A stretch of DNA of 36,403 nt from Rickettsiales bacterium (lineage in GTDB: Bacteria > Pseudomonadota > Alphaproteobacteria > Rickettsiales > UBA3002): contig JAJTIB010000012.1 in NCBI GenBank assembly GCA_021300075.1, positions 1 through 36,403 on the forward strand, read 5' to 3'. The translations under genes and the position numbers were made by a program. Positions within the stretch are counted from its first letter, which is position 1; each line of letters starts with the position of its first letter. Below, piece by piece: positions 6,188 to 14,036 of this stretch. The notes below the pieces were generated by a model. It did no database searches and had not been told where the DNA came from. It saw nothing but the letters and a program-made list of their open reading frames with translations.

Positions 6188-6288
6188 TTCCATAAAGCAG
6201 GCTTGCGCCTGAAAGAGTGCCTATCCAGGTGCTCTGAGGTCGCATGTCCTTTTGTATTTATCCAAGGAATTAAGTGTGAGAACTCCCG

Positions 6289-7617
6289 ATGCCAAACCCA
6301 TATAAGCTCCCCGTGTGGCTGCTCTGCGCCACCATGCTAACCAGTGCGCCTGCTTACGCTGAACCAGAAAAGCAAACCGACACACCGCCACCTGCTGCTG
6401 TGGCTGCACCTATGAAGGCCGCTGGCTTTTCGCTGGATGATGCGATTGCCAAGGCACTCGTACAGTCCCCACGTTTGAAAGCCTTCGGCAGTGGCGTTGC
6501 GGCTGCAAAGGGAGAACAGCGGCAAGCTGGGGCATGGGTAAACCCCGAAGTAGGTGTGGAAGCGGAGAACGTTGCGGGTCAAGGTGCATATAAAGGCTTC
6601 GACTCGGCGGAAGTGACGGTTGGGGTCACGCAGGAAATTACCATCGGCGGGAAGATTTCGGCACGGGAGAGCATTGCGGGTAAAGGGCTGGAAATCGCTT
6701 CGCTCGATGAACAGGCCGCAACACTAGATGTTATCCGTGATGTTACCACCGCCTATGCGGATGTGGTGGCAGCAGAAGAAAATGTGCGCCTTGCCACCGA
6801 GCAGAAAGAGCTGGCTGTGGATGTACTGAAATCTGTAAGCGTGCGCGTGGGAGCAGCCGCTGCGCCGTTGATTCAGAAAAGCCGTGCAGAGGTGGAACGC
6901 TCCACTGCCACCATCGCGCTTGATAAGGCGAACCGTGAGCGTGATATTTCCCGCAAAAAACTGGCCGCACTGATGGGAGAAGAACGCTTCACCCTTCCGC
7001 TTGATAGCGCGGCGTTCTATGCCATTGCAAAGCCAGAGGCTGCATCGCTGGAAGAAAAGCTGAAAGCCAACCCTGATCTGGTGAAGCTGAATAGCAGCTT
7101 GGAGCAATCGAAAGCACGGCTGGAACTGGAACAAGCCAATGCCATTCCTGACCCGCGTTTGAGCGTGGGCCTGCGCGACTTCCGTGATAGCGGCGATCAG
7201 GCATTTATCGTTGGCGTGTCGCTGCCCATCCCCGTGTTCAATGCCAATCGTGGTAATATCGAGAAAGCGCGGCACGAGGTCAGCCGCACGGAAATGGATA
7301 ACCGCCAGCTGGCACTCAACACTAGCGCGGATTTAACACAGGCGCATGAGCGTATGGAAAACGCCTATGTGCAGGCAGAAACACTCAAAACCGAGATTTT
7401 ACCTTCCGCCGATAAAGCCTTTCGGCTGGCGCGGGAGGGCTACGGCTTAGGACGTTTCCCCTACCTCGAAGTGCTTGACGCGCAGCGTAGCCTGTTTGGG
7501 GTAAAACAACAGCAGATCGAAGCGATACGCGAATTTCATACCGCCAAGGCGCAAGTGGAACGGTTGACCGCCACACGCCTCAGCGCATTACAAAAATCAG
7601 GAGAGAACCATGAATAA
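6289..7617 (+). CDS. czcC: Outer membrane efflux factor, TolC/CzcC family
   Basis: 442 aa with a signal peptide. It has the two-repeat helical/beta-barrel OMF pattern, sits first in the RND tripartite operon, and overlaps the adaptor gene start. Confidence 0.8.
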   Translation: MPNPYKLPVWLLCATMLTSAPAYAEPEKQTDTPPPAAVAAPMKAAGFSLDDAIAKALVQSPRLKAFGSGVAAAKGEQRQAGAWVNPEVGVEAENVAGQGAYKGFDSAEVTVGVTQEITIGGKISARESIAGKGLEIASLDEQAATLDVIRDVTTAYADVVAAEENVRLATEQKELAVDVLKSVSVRVGAAAAPLIQKSRAEVERSTATIALDKANRERDISRKKLAALMGEERFTLPLDSAAFYAIAKPEAASLEEKLKANPDLVKLNSSLEQSKARLELEQANAIPDPRLSVGLRDFRDSGDQAFIVGVSLPIPVFNANRGNIEKARHEVSRTEMDNRQLALNTSADLTQAHERMENAYVQAETLKTEILPSADKAFRLAREGYGLGRFPYLEVLDAQRSLFGVKQQQIEAIREFHTAKAQVERLTATRLSALQKSGENHE

Positions 7618-8734
7618 GCGCAACCTCATTATATTAACACTGCTGCTGGCCATTGCTGGCGGGGCATATCTCACGCTTGGCGGGGATGCAAAAGAACCCG
7701 CAGCGGAGAATCATGCCCCCGCTGATAAAGACGAGCATGGCCACGGCGATGAGCATAAAGATGACCATGCCGAAGGCGGCGATCACGGGCATGGTGACAA
7801 GGATGAACACGCGCACGGCGATGAACATGGCCACGACCATGCGGAAGCCAAACCTGCTGCCGATGAACATGGCGAAGCCGATGAGCATGGGCATGGCGGT
7901 GAAGAAGGCGGTCATGATGAAGGAAGCAAAATCAGCGACAATGCGGTGAAGAACCTGAATATCGAGATTCTGCAAGCTGGCAGCGCGATGGTGCGGGAAA
8001 CCGTCAGCGTCAGTGGCCGCGTAACCCTGAACCAGAACACTACCGCGCAAGTGAAAGCCCGCTTCCCCGGTGTAATTCGCAGTGTGCTGAAAGAACCTGG
8101 TGAAGTGGTCAAAGCTGGCGACACGCTGGCAACGGTGGAGAGCAACGACAGTCTACAAGTCTATGCGGTGAAGTCACCTGTTACTGGCACTATCATCACT
8201 CGCAATGCCAGTGTCGGTGAACTGGCGGCGGATACGCCATTATTTGCGGTGGCGGATTTAAGCAAGCTGTGGGCGGAGTTGTTCATTTTCTCGAAAGATG
8301 GCGAGAGGCTGAAAGCTGGCCAGAAAGTCCGCATCCAGTGCCTTGATGATCCCGTGAATACCGAGTCCTCCATTGCGCTGGTGCTGCCTACCGCAGAAGC
8401 CTCAAGCCAGACGGTAGTGGCGCGTGCGGTGATCGAGAATGCCGATAACCACTGGCGTTCGGGCATGAATATCCGCGGCGATGTTGTGCTGTCGGAAAAA
8501 GAAGCCCCGCTTGCCGTGAAAACCGAAGCTATCCAGCGCATGGAAGGCAACGCGGTGGTGTTTGTGCGCGAAGATGGCGGCACTTACAAAGCGCAGCCCG
8601 TGGAAACTGGCATGAGCGATGCGACGTGGACGGAAATCAAAAGCGGCCTCACGGCTGGCCAGCATTACGTCGCTAAAAACAGCTTCGTGGTGAAAGCCGA
8701 CATCGGCAAATCCGGTGCGGAACACGAACACTAG
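7610..8734 (+). CDS. czcB: RND periplasmic adaptor (membrane fusion protein) with His-rich N-terminal region
   Basis: N-terminal anchor, then about 70 aa of HGHGDEH-type repeats. After that come the typical MFP lipoyl and beta-barrel segments (GDTLATVES...VKSPVTGTI). Confidence 0.8.
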   Translation: MNKRNLIILTLLLAIAGGAYLTLGGDAKEPAAENHAPADKDEHGHGDEHKDDHAEGGDHGHGDKDEHAHGDEHGHDHAEAKPAADEHGEADEHGHGGEEGGHDEGSKISDNAVKNLNIEILQAGSAMVRETVSVSGRVTLNQNTTAQVKARFPGVIRSVLKEPGEVVKAGDTLATVESNDSLQVYAVKSPVTGTIITRNASVGELAADTPLFAVADLSKLWAELFIFSKDGERLKAGQKVRIQCLDDPVNTESSIALVLPTAEASSQTVVARAVIENADNHWRSGMNIRGDVVLSEKEAPLAVKTEAIQRMEGNAVVFVREDGGTYKAQPVETGMSDATWTEIKSGLTAGQHYVAKNSFVVKADIGKSGAEHEH

Positions 8735-8752
8735 AATCTAGGGGATAGAGCC

Positions 8753-11700
8753 ATGATTGAACGTATTTTAGGGTTTTCCCTTCATCACCGATACCTAATC
8801 GCACTGCTTACATTGGCGGTGGCGGTGTTCGGTATGTACTCACTTAAAAATCTGCCGATTGATGCCGTGCCAGACATCACCAACAATCAGGTGCAGATCA
8901 ACACCGTTGCCTCCGCGTTTTCGCCGATGGAAGTGGAAAAGCAGGTGACATTCCCCGTGGAAACCGCACTGGCGGGTATTCCTGGTCTTGAATATACCCG
9001 CTCGATTTCACGCAACGGATTTTCTCAGGTGACTGCCGTATTCCGCGATGACGTGGATATTTATTTCGCACGCGCTCAGGTGAATGAACGTATTGCGGAA
9101 GCAAAAGAGAGTCTGCCTGAAGGCGTTGACCCGAAGATGGGCGCAATCTCGACTGGCCTTGGCGAAATTTACATGTGGACGGTGGAATATGAACAGCCAC
9201 GCGGCAAAGGCGCAGACATAAAAGATGGCAAGGCTGGCTGGCAATCCGATGGTAGCTACCTCACGCCCGAAGGCCAGCGCATGAACTCGGATGTCGAACT
9301 GGCTTCCTACCTCCGCACGGTGCAGGACTGGATTATCCGCCCTCAGCTGAAAGGCGTGAAGGGTGTGGCGGGTGTCGATGCGATTGGCGGCTATGTGAAG
9401 CAATACCATGTGCAGCCTAACCCTGAAAAACTGGTGGCGCTTGGCCTGAGTTTCTCGGATGTGGTCAATGTACTGGAGCGCAACAATACCAGCATTGGTG
9501 CAGGCTACATCGAGCGCAGCGGCGAAGCCTATGTGGTGCGTGCGGATGGGCGTATCGAGAATGCCGAGCAGATCGGTAATATCGTGGTGGCTAACCGTGG
9601 CGGTGTTACCATTTATTTGAAAGACATCGCTACCGTTGGCATCGGCAAGGAACTCCGCACGGGTTCGGCTTCTGAGAATGGCTATGAAGTTGTGGTTGGC
9701 ACGGCGCTCATGCTGATTGGCGAGAATAGCCGCACCGTATCGCAAGCGGTGGACGAGAAGATCACGGAGATTAACAAGTCGCTGCCCGAAGGTATCCACG
9801 CCAAAACGGTGTTGAATCGTACCAATCTAGTAGATCGCACCATCGGCACGGTGCAGACGAACCTCATCGAAGGCGCGTTGCTCGTCATCGTGATTCTGTT
9901 TTTATTGCTGGGTAACTTCCGCGCCGCGCTGATTACTGCGCTCGTCATACCGCTTTCCATGCTCATGACCAGCATGGGCATGATTCGCGCTGGCATCAGC
10001 GGCAACCTCATGAGCCTTGGTGCGCTCGATTTCGGGCTGATTGTAGATGGCGCGGTGATTATCACTGAGAATTGCCTGAGCCGCTTGGCGCACCGCCAGC
10101 ACCATGAAGGCAGGATACTGACCCTGCAAGAACGCTTGCATGAGGTGATGGTGGCCAGCCGTGAGATGATTCAGCCTTCTGTGTTCGGTCAGGCGATTAT
10201 CATCATGGTGTATATCCCGCTGCTGACATTCAGCGGTGTGGAAGGCAAGATGTTCGAGCCGATGGCGATGACAGTGATTTTTGCCCTGATTGCTGCATTT
10301 GTGCTGTCCCTAACTTTTGTTCCCGCCATGATTGCCATTTTTGTGAAAGGCAACGTGGAGGAAAAAGAAAGCCGCATTATCCAAAAAACCAAAGGCTGGT
10401 ATGAACCCGCTTTGCATTGGGCATTGCGTTCGCCGCTGAAAATCATCGGCGCGGCAACGGGTGGTTTTGTGCTCTCACTCGTGCTGTTTTCCACGATGGG
10501 GCAAGAATTTATTCCGACGCTCGATGAAAAAGACATCGCCATGCACGCGATGCGGATTCCTTCTACTTCGCTCACGCAGTCGCAGGAATTGCAATTTGCC
10601 GTGGAAAAAGCAGTGAGTAGCGTGTCGGAAGTAAAGTTTGTTTTCTCTAAAACTGGCACGGCAGAAATGGCTGCTGATCCGATGCCGCCCAACGTATCCG
10701 ACACGTTCATTATCCTGAAAGACAAAGACCAGTGGCCTGATTCCAGTATCGAAAAGTCAGAAATTATTGCGAAAATAAACAAGGCTGTATCTGATGTTCC
10801 AGGGAACAACTACGAATTCACCCAACCGATTCAGATGCGTTTCAACGAACTGATTTCGGGCGTGCGTTCCGATGTGGCAGTGAAGATTTACGGCGATGAC
10901 TTCGGCGTGATGGAGAAAACCGCCGCCCAGTTGGTGCAAACGCTGAAATCCGTTGAAGGCAGCGCGGATGTGAAGATGGAGCAAACCAGCGGCCTTCCCA
11001 TGCTGGAAGTGAAGCTGGATAAAAACGCCATCTCCCGTTATGGCCTGAACGTCAGCGATGTGCTGGATGTGCTTTCGATTGCAGTGGGTGGGCGCGAGGC
11101 TGGCTTGGTGTTCCAAGGGGATCGCCGCTTCGATATTCTGGTACGCTTGCCAGATACCATGCGGCAAGACCTCACCGTGTTGGAAAACCTGCCCGTGTTA
11201 CTTCCTGTCGATGATGACAATATGGCCGACCGCATTGGTGGCCAACCACACACGCGCCCAGCCTATATCCCCCTCAAGCAGGTGGCGAAGCTGGAAATCA
11301 CCGACGGGCTAAACCAAATCAGCCGTGAAAACGGCAAACGCCGCATGGTGGTTCAAGCCAACGTGCGTGGGCGTGACATCGGCTCGTTCGTGAAAGACGC
11401 GCAAGCCGCTATCGGCAGCAAGGTAGAGATTCCCGCTGGCTACTGGCTGGAATGGGGTGGGCAGTTCAAAAACCTTGAAGAAGCCAAGGCGCGGCTCGGT
11501 GTTGTAGTTCCCGCCTGCTTCTTCATGATTTTCCTACTGCTGTTCACTGCACTCGGCTCGGTCAAACAAGCCTTGCTGGTGTTTTCTGGTGTGCCGCTGG
11601 CACTCACGGGCGGCATTATCACCCTCTGGTTGCGCGGTATGCCGTTCTCTATTTCGGCGGCGGTGGGCTTGATTGCGCTTTCAGGTGTGGCCGTGCTGAA

Positions 11701-12001
11701 CGGGCTGGTGATGATTACTCGCATCAACCAGCTGGTGCGTGAAGGTATTGAGGCGAACACGGCCATTATCGAAGGTGCGCTTTCCCGCTTCCGCCCCGTA
11801 CTGATGACCGCGCTCGTTGCTTCCTTGGGCTTTGTGCCGATGGCGATTGCCACTGGTGCTGGCGCGGAAGTGCAAAAACCACTGGCGACAGTGGTGATCG
11901 GCGGATTGATTACCGCAACCATCCTTACGTTGCTGGTGCTGCCCGCCATTTACAAACGGTTCAACCTCGCCCGCGACCTGCTAGCGAAGGAGATACTGTG
12001 A
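8753..12001 (+). CDS. czcA: Heavy-metal efflux RND transporter, CzcA-type
   Basis: 1082 aa with 12-TM RND architecture. The TM4 motif DFGLIVDGAVIITEN matches the divalent-cation HME pattern DFG-DGA-(V)EN, not the CusA/SilA pattern A-x5-D-x6-EN. Confidence 0.85.
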   Translation: MIERILGFSLHHRYLIALLTLAVAVFGMYSLKNLPIDAVPDITNNQVQINTVASAFSPMEVEKQVTFPVETALAGIPGLEYTRSISRNGFSQVTAVFRDDVDIYFARAQVNERIAEAKESLPEGVDPKMGAISTGLGEIYMWTVEYEQPRGKGADIKDGKAGWQSDGSYLTPEGQRMNSDVELASYLRTVQDWIIRPQLKGVKGVAGVDAIGGYVKQYHVQPNPEKLVALGLSFSDVVNVLERNNTSIGAGYIERSGEAYVVRADGRIENAEQIGNIVVANRGGVTIYLKDIATVGIGKELRTGSASENGYEVVVGTALMLIGENSRTVSQAVDEKITEINKSLPEGIHAKTVLNRTNLVDRTIGTVQTNLIEGALLVIVILFLLLGNFRAALITALVIPLSMLMTSMGMIRAGISGNLMSLGALDFGLIVDGAVIITENCLSRLAHRQHHEGRILTLQERLHEVMVASREMIQPSVFGQAIIIMVYIPLLTFSGVEGKMFEPMAMTVIFALIAAFVLSLTFVPAMIAIFVKGNVEEKESRIIQKTKGWYEPALHWALRSPLKIIGAATGGFVLSLVLFSTMGQEFIPTLDEKDIAMHAMRIPSTSLTQSQELQFAVEKAVSSVSEVKFVFSKTGTAEMAADPMPPNVSDTFIILKDKDQWPDSSIEKSEIIAKINKAVSDVPGNNYEFTQPIQMRFNELISGVRSDVAVKIYGDDFGVMEKTAAQLVQTLKSVEGSADVKMEQTSGLPMLEVKLDKNAISRYGLNVSDVLDVLSIAVGGREAGLVFQGDRRFDILVRLPDTMRQDLTVLENLPVLLPVDDDNMADRIGGQPHTRPAYIPLKQVAKLEITDGLNQISRENGKRRMVVQANVRGRDIGSFVKDAQAAIGSKVEIPAGYWLEWGGQFKNLEEAKARLGVVVPACFFMIFLLLFTALGSVKQALLVFSGVPLALTGGIITLWLRGMPFSISAAVGLIALSGVAVLNGLVMITRINQLVREGIEANTAIIEGALSRFRPVLMTALVASLGFVPMAIATGAGAEVQKPLATVVIGGLITATILTLLVLPAIYKRFNLARDLLAKEIL

Positions 12002-12030
12002 TTTTTTCAACCAACCCTAAAGGAGACTCT

Positions 12031-12291
12031 ATGACCGACCTGAAATCCCTGCTTGCTGCATCTGCCCTCGCGCTAGTGATTGGTACTGCCGCACCTGCCA
12101 TTGCTGGCGAACACAAAGCTGAAGATGGCAAGAAGATGGAAAAGCACGAACACAAAGACGGTGACCATAAAGATCACGGCAAGCATGAAGGTCATAAAGA
12201 TGGCGATCATCACGACCACAAGGAAGGCGATGGTCACGATCATGATAAGGAAAAAGCTGGCAAGCCCGAAGCAAAAAGCAAAGGCCAGTAA
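12031..12291 (+). CDS. Secreted His/Asp/Lys-rich small protein (putative periplasmic metal-binding)
   Basis: RBS AAAGGAGA before the ATG at 12031. Signal peptide MTDLKSLLAASALALVIGTAAPAIAG. Mature part built of HKDGDH/HEGHKDGDHHDH repeats. Confidence 0.6.
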   Translation: MTDLKSLLAASALALVIGTAAPAIAGEHKAEDGKKMEKHEHKDGDHKDHGKHEGHKDGDHHDHKEGDGHDHDKEKAGKPEAKSKGQ

Positions 12292-12383
12292 ATGAATACG
12301 GCCAGAGGCATGGTGCTTCTGACCGTAGGTGCGACGGGAAGGAACAAGTTTAGCGACATGACCTTCCCGCCGCGCTCCCCAAA

Positions 12384-12402
12384 CCTGACGGGTTTCGTCA
12401 GG
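12384..12402 (+). terminator. Weak hairpin CCTGACG-GGTTT-CGTCAGG after the His-rich gene
   Basis: 7-bp perfect stem, but the trailing sequence (AATGTTTA) is only weakly T-rich. Confidence 0.25.
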
Positions 12403-12430
12403 AATGTTTAACCATTCTATAGGTAGAACC

Positions 12431-12865
12431 ATGAAAAAAGCTATAATCATCAGCACAGCACTGATACTTTTATCAGCTTGTGCATCTCAACCACCCCAAA
12501 CACTCGACCAAAAACTATCTGAGTCCACCACCGCAGCCGACCGAAAAGAAACGCTGCGTCTAGCGTGCCTGAATGAAGCGGAGTGGCCAGCGAGCTTGCA
12601 AAAGGTTCGTACCACTGGACGGCACGGCACGCAACAACGCCAACGTCTGAAGCGCACGCCCGAAATCAGAGAAATGAAAACGCTCTGCCGCCAGATGGAC
12701 GATCTCACCACGGTTGATGCGGAAGAAAAGCTGCCGCCAAAAGAGCTTGCTTCCGCATGCGCTGCCAAAGTTGCGGATAAAAAGCAGAAAGAAGGCAAAG
12801 GCTGGGCTGAACATGCAGACCGCATCGCGCATATCTGCAAGGAAATGACAGGTAAAAAACTGTGA
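12431..12865 (+). CDS. Hypothetical lipoprotein
   Basis: Lipobox LILLSAC at the N-terminus (MKKAIIISTALILLSACAS). Five further Cys. The stop overlaps the GTG start of the CDF gene (GTGA). Confidence 0.55.
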   Translation: MKKAIIISTALILLSACASQPPQTLDQKLSESTTAADRKETLRLACLNEAEWPASLQKVRTTGRHGTQQRQRLKRTPEIREMKTLCRQMDDLTTVDAEEKLPPKELASACAAKVADKKQKEGKGWAEHADRIAHICKEMTGKKL

Positions 12866-13470
12866 GTTCCTGCCACGACCATTGCAATGCCAGCGAGCAA
12901 TCAGACGTATCCGCAGCTTACCGCAAGGTGCTATGGGTATGTTTGATTGCCAACGCGGTGATGTTCGTGGCGCAAATGGTGGCAAGCTATGCCGCGCACT
13001 CTGTTTCACTGCTGGCTAATAGCGCAGATTTCTTCTCGGACGCTGCGAATTACGGCATAAGCCTCTATGTCTTGAATCTATCCCTGCGCCAGAAAGCCAA
13101 AGCCTCGCTGTTTAAGGGCGTTAGTTTGGGCTTAGTGGGGCTTTGGGTGGCGTTTGAGACGTTGCACCACGCGCTACAACCCGAACTACCAGAACCCCTT
13201 ATTATGGCCGCTATCAGTGTGGTGGCGTTGGCCGTAAATGTCGGCTGTGCAATGCTTCTCTACAAATACCGTGGTGGCGATAGCAACCGAGAATCGGTTT
13301 GGATTTGCAGCCGTAACGATGCCATCGGCAATATCGCCGTGATGATCGCCGCAGCTGGCGTGTTCGCTTCTGGCACCATCTGGCCAGATATTATCGTCGC
13401 CGCCATCCTAGGCTGGTTGGCGATCAGCGGCGCGATGCGAATTATTAAATCAGCTAAAAGAGAGCTATAA
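12862..13470 (+). CDS. Cation diffusion facilitator family transporter, transmembrane domain only
   Basis: - 202 aa with about six hydrophobic segments.
- CDF-like TM2 and TM5 motifs (SLLANSADFFSDAANY; NDAIGNIAVMIAA).
- N-terminal CHDHC.
- No ~80-100-aa C-terminal cytoplasmic domain. Confidence 0.7.
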   Translation: MSSCHDHCNASEQSDVSAAYRKVLWVCLIANAVMFVAQMVASYAAHSVSLLANSADFFSDAANYGISLYVLNLSLRQKAKASLFKGVSLGLVGLWVAFETLHHALQPELPEPLIMAAISVVALAVNVGCAMLLYKYRGGDSNRESVWICSRNDAIGNIAVMIAAAGVFASGTIWPDIIVAAILGWLAISGAMRIIKSAKREL

Positions 13471-13537
13471 AAAAGCCCCGAACCCAATATGATTTCCAAA
13501 TCCTACAAAAAAATTGAATCGTAATGAATGCCAAAAG

Positions 13538-13558
13538 ATGAAAACATTTGAAAAACAT
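13538..13558 (+). promoter_or_regulatory. Direct repeat ATGAAAACAT / TTGAAAAACAT upstream of the cop module
   Basis: Two GAAAA(A)CAT units about 10-11 bp apart in an AT-rich intergenic region. This is the layout used by OmpR-family response regulators. No match to a known cop/cus box is claimed. Confidence 0.2.
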
Positions 13559-13582
13559 AAAATAAAGCCTACAATCTATCCT

Positions 13583-13966
13583 ATGAAAATCTTCGTCAGC
13601 ATATTTATGGTTCTGGCACTCGTTATGACAACGAGCTTTCCTGCCACGTCCCATGCGATGATGCCTCATGATTCTGCGAAAGTAGAAAAAGCTGAAGCCT
13701 CCTCAGAACACGGTGATTGTCACAAGCACGCTAAGGCCGAGCAATCCGATAAAACGGCACAGAACGATAAAGAATCTGGCAAATGCTGTGATAAAGGTAT
13801 GTGCAAGTGCATCGGAAGCACCTGTCATAGCGGTCTGTCGAAGATTTTTGGTAATGGCAGCGAATCCCTCTTTCGTTTGACTGCCAGCAAAAGCAGCTTC
13901 GGCTTCACCAATGATGTGGTGGAATCCGCGCTTTCCAATCGCTTAAAACGCCCTCCCAAAGCCTAG
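13583..13966 (+). CDS. Small secreted Cys-rich protein (second member of the CzcI-position-like pair)
   Basis: - Signal peptide MKIFVSIFMVLALVMTTSFPATSHA.
- Lys/Glu/Gln-rich spacer.
- Cluster CCDKGMCKCIGSTCH.
- C-terminal LKRPPKA.
- Directly upstream of the multicopper oxidase gene. Confidence 0.6.
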   Translation: MKIFVSIFMVLALVMTTSFPATSHAMMPHDSAKVEKAEASSEHGDCHKHAKAEQSDKTAQNDKESGKCCDKGMCKCIGSTCHSGLSKIFGNGSESLFRLTASKSSFGFTNDVVESALSNRLKRPPKA

Positions 13967-14036
13967 TCCTGTAGCTGTTACGCCACCAGTGCGCCTTCGC
14001 GCATGGTGTCATTTCAACACAAATCAAGGATTAGTT

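Noticed and set aside
9008-10809. Several minus-strand ORFs (263, 127, 79 and 206 aa) within the RND gene
   Set aside because: All are antisense to a 1082-aa ORF with unambiguous RND motifs, so they are shadow ORFs.
6289-12001. Calling the RND operon cusCBA (Cu/Ag)
   Set aside because: The TM4 motif DFG...DGA...TEN is the divalent-cation type. No CusF gene lies between the OMF and adaptor genes. The His-rich adaptor and the adjacent CDF fit a czc-like module.
12073-12456. 127-aa minus-strand ORF
   Set aside because: It is antisense to the His-rich gene (a mirror of its GAT/CAC repeats) and spans an intergenic hairpin. Unlikely to be real.
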